Part shown: in pieces, positions 1-10,233 of the stretch
Numbering within the stretch: the first letter of the stretch is position 1
Layout of the letters: every line of letters begins with the position of its first letter
NCBI GenBank assembly: GCA_964432185.1
Contig: CAYSNA010000001.1
Span: forward strand, 1-50,252
From: an uncultured Cytophagia bacterium
Lineage (GTDB): Bacteria; Zhuqueibacterota; Zhuqueibacteria; Residuimicrobiales; Krinioviventaceae
DNA length: 50,252 bases
Direction: 5' to 3'
The notes under the pieces: generated by a model
What the model saw: only the letters and a program-made list of their open reading frames with translations
Databases searched by the model: none
What the model was told of the DNA's origin: nothing
Made by a program: the position numbers and the translations under genes

Positions 1-1659
<1,659 letters not shown>

Positions 1660-1737
1660 ATTCTTGAAATCGCGAATTAGCGTCAACGATGAATCGAACG
1701 AATGTTGAAACACCTGATCGTCATTTCGGGGTAGAAT

Positions 1738-2493
1738 TTGATTTCTTTGACCGGTTTAAAAAAATCCTACGATAATCTCCTCGCCGTCGATGGTCTCGAT
1801 CTGTTTGTCGGCAACGAATTGTTCATTTTTCTTGGCCCGAACGGCGCCGGCAAAACCACCACCATAAAAATGATGACCGGACTGTTGAAACCGGACGCGG
1901 GGACGGTTGTGCTGAATGGTATCAATGTGCACGACAATCCCATCGAGGCGAAAAAGCAGTTCGGTTATGTGCCGGAACAACCCAACCTGTACGACAAACT
2001 GACGCCCGCCGAGTTTATCGATTTTATTGTCCAGGTCTATCAGATGCCGCCGGATGTCGCTCAACAGCGCAAGCAGCAGTTGTTCGAGATTCTCGAAATA
2101 AACGAACGTGCTGATGATTTGATCGAAGACTTGTCGAATGGCATGAAGAAAAAAGTCGCGCTGGTGGCCGCACTTGTGCATCAACCGAAAATCCTTTTTC
2201 TCGATGAACCGACGGCGGCGCTTGATCCGAAAGCGGCGCGAAATCTAAAGACGATTGTGCGCGGTCTTGTCAATAAAGGCGCCACCGTTTTTATGACGAC
2301 GCATATCCTCGAAGTGGCGGAAACCATGTGCGATCGCGTCGGGATCATCAACAAGGGGACGTTATGCGCTGTCGGCTCGCTGCCGGAATTGCGGCAACAG
2401 CATGGCGAACAGGCATCTCTCGAAGATATTTTCCTCACATTGACCGGTGATGCCTGGACATCGCAGATCGATGATTTTCTGCAGGGCTCGTAA
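1738..2493 (+). CDS. ABC transporter ATP-binding protein
   Basis: TTG start. Walker A GPNGAGKTT, signature-like LSNGMKKKV, Walker B ILFLDEPTAALD, H-loop TTHIL. The stop overlaps the next start (TAATG). Confidence 0.9.
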   Translation: MISLTGLKKSYDNLLAVDGLDLFVGNELFIFLGPNGAGKTTTIKMMTGLLKPDAGTVVLNGINVHDNPIEAKKQFGYVPEQPNLYDKLTPAEFIDFIVQVYQMPPDVAQQRKQQLFEILEINERADDLIEDLSNGMKKKVALVAALVHQPKILFLDEPTAALDPKAARNLKTIVRGLVNKGATVFMTTHILEVAETMCDRVGIINKGTLCAVGSLPELRQQHGEQASLEDIFLTLTGDAWTSQIDDFLQGS

Positions 2494-4097
2494 TGCAACG
2501 GCTCTTGTTAAACATTTTGTTTCAAACGCTTTTTGCGAATTTTCGCAACGGCCGCCTGTGGCGAAAAAAGCGGGCGCTGTTCTCAATGCTGGCGCTGGCG
2601 GTTTTACCGCTGCTCATTATTGTACAAACCTCGGACATGTTTGACGCTTGGCTGTTGATGCCGGATATGGGCGCCAATTTTTTGCAACAATTCGTCTCCA
2701 CCTCACTTTTGGGCGTGATGGTGTTTTTAATCCTGACCGGTTTGCCGGGTGTGATGCATCACTTTTTTCTCGCACCGGATTTGTCTTTACTGCAGGCGCT
2801 GCCCATAGAACAGCGTGATATCTTTTTGCAAAAAATTATCCACGCTGCAGCCAATAATGCCGGTATGTTTTTCGCCGTTGGGCTGCCGATATTAATCTCC
2901 ATGGGGTTGGCGTTGCACGTGTCACCGCTTGTTTACGCGCTCATGCTCATCAGCTCTCTTTTTTTTATCTTTATTCCGACCACACTCGCGGCGCTGCTCG
3001 CCTTTGCATTGGCGCGTCTGTTTTCAATAAAAAAAATGCGACGCGTCTCAACGGTTGTGCTTGGCCTCTTCATCCTGTCGGTCTGGGCCGGATTTCAACT
3101 TTTGCGCCTCTCGCGCCTCAATCCCATGACGCCCGATTTTGAGCCCGAAACAGCAACAGCCTTTGCCGCCATAATGCGCAATGTGACTTTGATCGTCTGG
3201 CCGTCCGATTGGCTGGTGAAAATCATCCGGTTTGCGCATGAGCAGGAGTGGATGAGCGTAATGGCATTTCTTTTTTTGTTGATTGGCACTGTCGCCGCGC
3301 TGGTGGCTGTGGTTCTTTTGTGGCGCATTCATTTGCAGGATGTGGAAATCCATATCGATGCTGCGCCTCGCCGGGCGCCCAAAAAACATATGTCCGTAAA
3401 AAGACACTCAGTCACGCGCGCCCTGCTGCACAAAGATTTTCGGCTGATATGGCGCGATACGCGTTTTTTTCAAAGTTCGTTTTTATTGCTCGCCATGCTG
3501 CTGCTGGCGCCGTTGTTCACGGCGGCCGATGCGGGCCATCCCGAGGAAACTCTGGCATTTCTGCTGCCGTATATCCCCGTAACAATTTTGTCGCTGATCG
3601 TCTCGTCAACATTGGCGCGGCAGAGCCTGCCCATGGAGCGGTTGGCATTCGCCTGGACATTGGTATCACCGTTAAAAGTCGAACAGATTTTATCCGCCAA
3701 ATTGAAACGAGTCCTTGTGCTGGTTGGACCGACCGCTGGTTTGGCGGTTTTTATCACGGCGGTAAAAAGTGAAACATCAGCCTGGTTGTTTTTTATGTTG
3801 ATGCTGCATGCGGGACTGGTTGTGTGCGGCGCCGCGCTCGGTCTGGTTGTCTCGGTTTTTACAACTCGTTTTAACTGGACGGATCCTCGCTATATGGCCA
3901 ATCCGGCGAGCGTCTATCTTTTTTCCATTGTCGTGCTGGTTGTCGGCGCCGTGGGATTGGCGATTGTGATCTTTGGTGTTGTTCTGTTTCAGCTAATCAT
4001 TGCTTTTCTGATATTTTTTGTCTATGTTTTCTTCGTTTTAAAACTGTCGCTGCGGGTGGCACGGGATCGTTTACGACAACTTGAGTGGAATTACTAA
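2493..4097 (+). CDS. Large polytopic membrane protein, probable permease partner of the ABC ATPase (putative ABC-exporter type)
   Basis: 534 aa with many hydrophobic helices. The start overlaps the ATPase stop. I recognise no other motif. Confidence 0.6.
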   Translation: MQRLLLNILFQTLFANFRNGRLWRKKRALFSMLALAVLPLLIIVQTSDMFDAWLLMPDMGANFLQQFVSTSLLGVMVFLILTGLPGVMHHFFLAPDLSLLQALPIEQRDIFLQKIIHAAANNAGMFFAVGLPILISMGLALHVSPLVYALMLISSLFFIFIPTTLAALLAFALARLFSIKKMRRVSTVVLGLFILSVWAGFQLLRLSRLNPMTPDFEPETATAFAAIMRNVTLIVWPSDWLVKIIRFAHEQEWMSVMAFLFLLIGTVAALVAVVLLWRIHLQDVEIHIDAAPRRAPKKHMSVKRHSVTRALLHKDFRLIWRDTRFFQSSFLLLAMLLLAPLFTAADAGHPEETLAFLLPYIPVTILSLIVSSTLARQSLPMERLAFAWTLVSPLKVEQILSAKLKRVLVLVGPTAGLAVFITAVKSETSAWLFFMLMLHAGLVVCGAALGLVVSVFTTRFNWTDPRYMANPASVYLFSIVVLVVGAVGLAIVIFGVVLFQLIIAFLIFFVYVFFVLKLSLRVARDRLRQLEWNY

Positions 4098-4117
4098 ATC
4101 AAAATTTCTGGATCATC

Positions 4118-4840
4118 ATGAGCAAAAAATCAAAATCACGTGAATTTATAGAATCCATTGGCGTCGCGCTCATTGCCGCATTGATCATTCGCGCGCTCGT
4201 CATTCAATCTTACCGCATTCCAACCGGCTCGATGAAAGACACGCTGCTCATCGGCGATTTTCTGCTGGTGAATAAATTCATCTATGGCATTAATACGCCG
4301 AATAAACTATTTATTCGACGGATTCCATTGCCGGCGACGCGCCTGCCCGGATTTAAAGAACCGAAGCGCGGCGATATCGTGGTGTTTCGCTATCCCAAAG
4401 ATCCCATGGTCGATTATATCAAGCGATGCGTTGGTGTGGCCGGCGACACGATTGAATTGCGAGATACCCGACTTTACATCAACGGCGAGCCCGAAGGGGA
4501 CGAAGAATTTCTTGAGACCAAGTTTGATGTCGAAGAAGGCCGCAACGTCTCCTATTTTCGCATCACCAAAACAGATGGGCAGCAGTATACGATTCGACGG
4601 GCTGACGACGCCCGCTTTCAAATGCGGCAGTTCGGGCCTTTTGTGGTGCCCAACGATCATATCTTTATGATGGGCGATAACCGCGATAACAGCTTTGACA
4701 GCCGCGGCTGGGGAGCGTTGCCCGACCGATACATCGTCGGCCAGGCGCTTGTCATCTTTTTCTCCTGGGATGCGATTGAACCGGTTATCAAAATTCACCA
4801 AAAAATTCGCTGGGAACGCATTTTCAGCGTCATTCGCTAA
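4118..4840 (+). CDS. lepB: Signal peptidase I (copy 1)
   Basis: N-terminal TM helix, Ser box RIPTGSMKDTLLIGDFLLVNK, Lys box DYIKRCVG, MMGDNRDNSFDSRGWG box. Start moved to the ATG at 4118 (MSKKSKS); the track ORF begins at 4085 inside the upstream gene. Confidence 0.9.
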   Translation: MSKKSKSREFIESIGVALIAALIIRALVIQSYRIPTGSMKDTLLIGDFLLVNKFIYGINTPNKLFIRRIPLPATRLPGFKEPKRGDIVVFRYPKDPMVDYIKRCVGVAGDTIELRDTRLYINGEPEGDEEFLETKFDVEEGRNVSYFRITKTDGQQYTIRRADDARFQMRQFGPFVVPNDHIFMMGDNRDNSFDSRGWGALPDRYIVGQALVIFFSWDAIEPVIKIHQKIRWERIFSVIR

Positions 4841-4858
4841 GTGGCCGGATTTTTGCTG

Positions 4859-5608
4859 ATGTCTGGGAACGTCGAGCCGCCGAAAAGGCAGGAATCTTTT
4901 GCCAAGTATATGCAGGCCCTCGGCATCGCCATCCTGGTCGCGCTTGTGCTGCGAACTTTTGTGGTGCAGGCTTTTCGCATTCCGACCGGCTCGATGAAAG
5001 ATACGCTGCTCGTTGGCGATTTTTTGCTGGTGAACAAGTTTATTTACGGTGTTCGGACGCCGGACCGCTTGTTCGGCACGGATGTTAAAATTCCACATAT
5101 TCGCTTGCCCGCCTTTCGTTCGCCGAAACACGGCGATATCGTCATTTTTAAATTTCCCAATGATCTGTCCATGGATTATATCAAACGATGCGTTGGCCTG
5201 CCGGGCGATACGATACAGGTGAAATCAAATATCGTCTACGTGAATGGCCGTGCTGAAGGCCGAGCCGAGTTTTTGCAGGAAAAATACGATCCAACGGAAC
5301 AGGCTTCATTTCAATATTACAGAATACACACGGATGGCCATTTGCAATACACCATCCGCAAGCGCACCAAAAAACCGACGCGGGTGCAGAATTACGGTCC
5401 GGTCGTCGTGCCGCCTGATCATCTTTTTATGATGGGAGATAACCGCGATAACAGTTCGGACAGCCGCTTTTGGGGCTTTATGCCCATGGACAATCTTGTC
5501 GGCCGGGCGGTGGTCATCTATTTTTCTTTCGATAAATTCAAAGATCGAGCGGCGTGGGATTTTGCCAGCGCGATCCGATGGTCGCGAATGTTCAACATCA
5601 TTCGGTAG
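4859..5608 (+). CDS. lepB: Signal peptidase I (copy 2, tandem paralog)
   Basis: Same three boxes (RIPTGSMKDTLLVGDFLLVNK, DYIKRCVG, MMGDNRDNSSDSRFWG). The start is either the ATG at 4859 or the GTG at 4841, which directly follows the copy-1 stop. Confidence 0.88.
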   Translation: MSGNVEPPKRQESFAKYMQALGIAILVALVLRTFVVQAFRIPTGSMKDTLLVGDFLLVNKFIYGVRTPDRLFGTDVKIPHIRLPAFRSPKHGDIVIFKFPNDLSMDYIKRCVGLPGDTIQVKSNIVYVNGRAEGRAEFLQEKYDPTEQASFQYYRIHTDGHLQYTIRKRTKKPTRVQNYGPVVVPPDHLFMMGDNRDNSSDSRFWGFMPMDNLVGRAVVIYFSFDKFKDRAAWDFASAIRWSRMFNIIR

Positions 5609-5611
5609 CCA

Positions 5612-6784
5612 ATGGCCGCGCTCTATATCCACATTCCCTTTTGTCGCCATAAGTGTATTTATTGCGATTTCTATTCCACGACACAAACGAATCATATCAA
5701 TGCTTATGTAACGGCGCTGTTGAACGAAATGGAACTGTGGGCGGATGATCCGTTCTATCGTCAGCAGCAATTTTCCACGCTCTACTTTGGTGGTGGAACG
5801 CCGTCGCTCCTGTCGCCTCATCAGATCGAGACCATGCTAAAAAAGTTGTTTTCAACCTTTCAATTTATTGAGGATGTTGAAATTTCGCTGGAAGCCAATC
5901 CCGGCGCTGTGCTGGAGCTAAATTTATCCGGCTATCGGCACGCCGGCGTCAACCGTTTGACGCTGGGTATCCAATCTTTTCAGAATGAAGAGTTGTTTTT
6001 TTTGACGCGCATCCATTCGGCCGAGGACGCCGAAGCGGCGTTTACCGCCGCTCGACACGCCGGATTTGATAACATCGGTATTGATCTTATTTTTGGCTTG
6101 CCGGGGCAAACACTCGAATCATGGGAAGAAAATTGTCGTAAAGCGCTCGCATGGGCCCCCGAGCACATTTCCATGTACGGCTTGACTTATGAGGAAAACA
6201 CGCCGCTCTGGCGACAGCTCCAAGCGGGCGCCCTGCAGCAATGTGACGACGAGTTGGAGCGTGACATGTTCCTGCTCGGCATGACAATGTTAAAGGGAGC
6301 CGGATACGAACAGTATGAAATTTCCAATTTCGCCATGCCCGGTTTTTCTTCCAGGCACAATCAGCAGTATTGGGACGGGAGCCCGTTTCTCAGTCTTGGT
6401 CCTTCAGCCCATTCCTTTGACGGCGAGAAACGCTGGTGGAACGTCGATGATCTGCATCGCTATATGGATATGCTGCATCAGAACAAGAAACCAATTGCCG
6501 GTTCTGAAAAGCTGACGCTGGATGAACAACGGGATGAATTCATTTTGCTCGGGCTGCGTCGACAGTCCGGCATCGATTTGATGGCCTGGCAAAAATTAAC
6601 CCATTCACCGATTGCCGATGTGCTGGAGAAAATAGCAGGCACATTTAGCTCGCTGGATTCGATCGCCGGCTTTGAGTCTTCAACACAGGGATGTCTTTTG
6701 ACCCTGTATCAAAATCATCTCTGCTTGACTCAGCAGGGTGTTTTGCTTTATAATAGTGTTTGTGATAAATTGTCTTTGTTGTAA
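5612..6784 (+). CDS. hemW: Radical SAM heme chaperone HemW / oxygen-independent coproporphyrinogen-III-oxidase-like protein
   Basis: N-terminal LYIHIPFCRHKCIYCDF (CxxxCxxC radical SAM motif), GGGTPS box, about 390 aa, conserved position next to lepA/lepB. Confidence 0.88.
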   Translation: MAALYIHIPFCRHKCIYCDFYSTTQTNHINAYVTALLNEMELWADDPFYRQQQFSTLYFGGGTPSLLSPHQIETMLKKLFSTFQFIEDVEISLEANPGAVLELNLSGYRHAGVNRLTLGIQSFQNEELFFLTRIHSAEDAEAAFTAARHAGFDNIGIDLIFGLPGQTLESWEENCRKALAWAPEHISMYGLTYEENTPLWRQLQAGALQQCDDELERDMFLLGMTMLKGAGYEQYEISNFAMPGFSSRHNQQYWDGSPFLSLGPSAHSFDGEKRWWNVDDLHRYMDMLHQNKKPIAGSEKLTLDEQRDEFILLGLRRQSGIDLMAWQKLTHSPIADVLEKIAGTFSSLDSIAGFESSTQGCLLTLYQNHLCLTQQGVLLYNSVCDKLSLL

Positions 6785-6832
6785 ATAAAGGGATTATGTT
6801 AATTTATCCGTTTTCTCGGGGACAAATTTGTC

Positions 6833-6861
6833 TTGACATTAGTAGGTGAAAAAATTATATT
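6833..6861 (+). promoter_or_regulatory. Sigma70-like promoter candidate (TTGACA-17 nt-TATATT) ahead of the outer-membrane module
   Basis: TTGACA at 6833-6838, 17-nt spacer, TATATT at 6856-6861. The perfect palindrome GACAAATTTGTC at 6821-6832 abuts the -35. This would give a roughly 350-nt leader before the ATG at 7216. Confidence 0.35.
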
Positions 6862-7215
6862 TGAATCGATATAAGAGTAAGACCCATCAAATACATATGC
6901 CACAAAGACTTACAGGTTAATAAACGGTAACTGTGAATCTTGTCCGCCAAAATTACACCGCCCAAAACGAGAGATTGTCGTGCTCCGGCATGGTTCAATC
7001 TTTTACAAGATCAAAGCATCTACGTTTTATAAATATATAGAGTTCTTAATTAATTTTATAGTCATGAAAAAAGAGTACTGAGAGGAGGTGGTTTAGTCAA
7101 CGGTTGAAATAAAGAGAGTTGTAAAAAATCAGTACAGTATCTTCGTGGTGAAGATATGAAATGTGAAGACCATTTTTTAATCACCCTCTAAAAGACCAAT
7201 CAAGGAGGAAAAAGC

Positions 7216-10161
7216 ATGTTGAAGAGAGTTTTAATCCTGAGTCTGATGGTCCTTTTACCGCTGTTGGCATTCTCCGCCACAACGGGTAAGCTCATCGGAA
7301 CGGTCGTCGACAAGGAAACGGGCGAAGCACTACCAGGTGCGAACGTGGTTGTTGAAGGCACGAACCTGGGTGCAGCGGCCAATGTCCAGGGCGGTTTTAT
7401 TATTTTGAATATTCCCCCCGGCATTTACTCTGTCAAGACCTCATTTATCGGTTATGAAACTGTGACGATCAGCAACATCCGCGTTTCAGTTAACTTGACA
7501 ACCGAAATCGATTTTCAACTCCCTGTTGAAACTATCGAAGTTGAATCGATCGCCATCACCGCTGAACGTCCTCTGGTGAATAAAAACGCGACGAACGAAA
7601 CCCACATTATGACATCGGAAGATATTCAGAACATGCCGGTTCGTTCTTATGCCGAAGTTGTCTCGACCGCAGCCGGCGTTGTGAGCGCCCGCAATAGCAT
7701 GTACGTTCGTGGTGGTCGTGCTGACGAAATCGCCTATTACGTTGACGGCGTCTACTCGAACGACCTGCGTACCGGCGCCCGAGTTGGTGATGTTCCGATC
7801 AACTCGCTGGAACAGATCAACTACCAGGCCGGTGGTTTTAATGCCGAGTACGGCTTTGCCAACTCTGGTATTGTTATCGCCTCATCAAAATCCGGCTCAA
7901 GCAAGCTCAGCATCACCGGTGAAGTGGTTACCGACGAATTCCTGAGCGAAGAAAGCAAAAATCTCGGAACCTACTCTTACGGTTATAACGCCTATAACCT
8001 TTCTTTGAGCGGTCCGGTATTCTCCGATAAAATAAAATTCTATGCTGCCGCGGAAAAACAATACCTTGCCGACCGCTTACCCTCTGTCGGTAAACACCCG
8101 GTTCTGGGCGGTGAGTATACCACCGAAGAAGTCCTCTACAATTCCACCCAGCTCGATACCTTTGGAATCGCTCCTGAAGAATGGATTCTGCCGGTCAATA
8201 TGGTTGGCGGCCCGCTGCCGAACAATTCGCTGGATCGTTGGTCCCTCAACGGCAACCTGCTCGTTGATCTTGACAATATCCGCTTGAAATTCGGTGGTAA
8301 TGGTACAATCGACAACTGGCAAAATTACAATCAGTACAGAACATTGGTTAATGGACGGCATACGCAGCGTAATGAAGACTATAACTACAATGTTTTTGGT
8401 AAAATCACCCACACGCTCGGCTCGAACACCTTTTACGAAGGTACAGCCTACTTCTCTCAGTTCAAAACGGAAGCGGGCGATCCGGTCATGTGGCGTAACA
8501 TGATGGATTATGGCGACAAGACGGACGTCAACGGTAACGGTGCCTTCACACCCGAGTTGGTGCGTAATAGCGGCACCGGCGCCGGTCTGCCTCGCCTGGG
8601 ATCAGGTGTCTACGGAGCCATTGAGCCGCAAGGTGCTTACACGCTCAACAATACCAATGTGATAGGCTTAAAATTCGATCTCACGCATCAGTTAAAAAAT
8701 CACGAATTCAGAACGGGCTTTGAATATCGCTACAATACCATTCGCCGTTATACTGTATCTGGTTGGCGTCTTGCTGCGCTTTATGAGAATGATCCGAATA
8801 CGGATCCCCTTCTCGCCTCAAGATCTGCTTACACAGAAAGTTTTGGCTACCCGGCCTATTTTGATAATTGGGAAGTTGATCCGACGCAAACGTCCGATGA
8901 AGGTTTGGACGGCGCAAAACACCCGATTATCGGCGCCTTCTACCTGCAGGACAAAATCGAATTGGCAGATCTGGTGTTGAATCTTGGTTTGCGTGCAGAT
9001 TATATTGACGCTAATGACAAGAAATTGGTTGATCCGTACGACGTCGGCATAGTAAATGGTTTGCTCGATCCGGAGACATTGGAAGACACAGAAGCCCATC
9101 TGTCAATCAGTCCGCGATTAGGCATTTCCTTTCCAGTGACCGATAAGACTGTATTCCACGCGCAGTTCGGCAAGTTCACACAACAGCCGGAATTGCGTTA
9201 TCTGTACACCGGCTGGAACTATATGGCAGCGCAGCTGAATCAGGGCAATGCCGTACAGGTCGGAAATCCTGACTTGCGACCAGTGTCCACAACGTCCTAT
9301 GAAATCGGCGTCGGGCAGCAAATCGGTGTCAGCTCTTCCGTCAGCTTGACGGCCTATTATAAAGAAATTCGTGACCTCATTGTTATGAGAAACCGCGTCA
9401 ATGCTCTGCCAGTAACTTATGCGCAGTTCCAGAATGGCGACTATAGTTCGGTTAAAGGTTTGTCGCTCACCTATAATATGCGACGTACCAAAGGCCTTAG
9501 CGCTAATCTGAACTATACGCTCCAATACGCGGCCGGTACCGGTTCAACATCGGAAGGCAACTTTTACATCACCTGGATCGGTAACGAATACTATCCAACT
9601 TTTGTGGCGCCGTTGGATTATGATCAACGTCACACGTTCTCCCTCAATCTGGACTATCGTGTCGGTCCTGAGGCGAATGCTATTATTCGCAACTCGGGCA
9701 TCAACCTGCTGGCCACGGCCGGTTCTGGTTTTCCCTATACGCCGAAACGTATCGGCGACACGATTTTTGCCGCTCGTTTTTCCACGGCGTTCCCGATTGC
9801 CGGTACAAACACGGCCTATACGGACTGGACCAGCTCTATTGATTTACGAATTGACAAATCTTTCAAGGTTGCCGGGCAAGGCCTGAACGTTTATCTGTGG
9901 GTCATCAATGTTCTCGGCAGCGAGAATCCGTTCAATCGCAAGAATACGCGGGAAACAGCAAGCGGTTTTAACGTGGGCATTTATGAAGCGACCGGTCGTC
10001 CCGATGAAAATGGCTGGCTGTCGACCAGTGATGGTCAAAAGTGGATTGAAGACAATAACGGCGCGCGTGCTGAAGCGATGTACCGTTCTTTCATTAATAG
10101 TCCGCTTAACTGGGAAACTCCGCGTCAGATTCGCCTTGGTTTGAGATTTGATATCAATTAA
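7216..10161 (+). CDS. TonB-dependent-receptor-like outer membrane protein with N-terminal carboxypeptidase-regulatory-like domain
   Basis: Strong SD (AAGGAGG) and a signal peptide. GKLIGTVVDKETGEALPGANVVVEGTNLG...GFIILNIPPGIYSVKTSFIGYE matches the CarboxypepD_reg pattern. Plug-like MYVRGGRADEIAYYVDGV...NAEYGFANSGIVIASSKSG. Long beta-rich C-terminal part. Confidence 0.85.
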   Translation: MLKRVLILSLMVLLPLLAFSATTGKLIGTVVDKETGEALPGANVVVEGTNLGAAANVQGGFIILNIPPGIYSVKTSFIGYETVTISNIRVSVNLTTEIDFQLPVETIEVESIAITAERPLVNKNATNETHIMTSEDIQNMPVRSYAEVVSTAAGVVSARNSMYVRGGRADEIAYYVDGVYSNDLRTGARVGDVPINSLEQINYQAGGFNAEYGFANSGIVIASSKSGSSKLSITGEVVTDEFLSEESKNLGTYSYGYNAYNLSLSGPVFSDKIKFYAAAEKQYLADRLPSVGKHPVLGGEYTTEEVLYNSTQLDTFGIAPEEWILPVNMVGGPLPNNSLDRWSLNGNLLVDLDNIRLKFGGNGTIDNWQNYNQYRTLVNGRHTQRNEDYNYNVFGKITHTLGSNTFYEGTAYFSQFKTEAGDPVMWRNMMDYGDKTDVNGNGAFTPELVRNSGTGAGLPRLGSGVYGAIEPQGAYTLNNTNVIGLKFDLTHQLKNHEFRTGFEYRYNTIRRYTVSGWRLAALYENDPNTDPLLASRSAYTESFGYPAYFDNWEVDPTQTSDEGLDGAKHPIIGAFYLQDKIELADLVLNLGLRADYIDANDKKLVDPYDVGIVNGLLDPETLEDTEAHLSISPRLGISFPVTDKTVFHAQFGKFTQQPELRYLYTGWNYMAAQLNQGNAVQVGNPDLRPVSTTSYEIGVGQQIGVSSSVSLTAYYKEIRDLIVMRNRVNALPVTYAQFQNGDYSSVKGLSLTYNMRRTKGLSANLNYTLQYAAGTGSTSEGNFYITWIGNEYYPTFVAPLDYDQRHTFSLNLDYRVGPEANAIIRNSGINLLATAGSGFPYTPKRIGDTIFAARFSTAFPIAGTNTAYTDWTSSIDLRIDKSFKVAGQGLNVYLWVINVLGSENPFNRKNTRETASGFNVGIYEATGRPDENGWLSTSDGQKWIEDNNGARAEAMYRSFINSPLNWETPRQIRLGLRFDIN

Positions 10162-10233
10162 TCTTTTAAACTGAATGCTGACTAAACCAAGAGAATTTTG
10201 ATTTCCCGGTTATACTTTGAAGGAGAATAAATT

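Noticed and set aside
4838-4861. Possible stop-codon read-through fusing the two signal peptidase ORFs, which are in frame with a single TAA between them.
   Set aside because: I see no read-through context or structure. Copy 2 has its own complete N-terminal TM helix, so it is functional as a separate protein. The in-frame junction is reported as a finding only as a curiosity.
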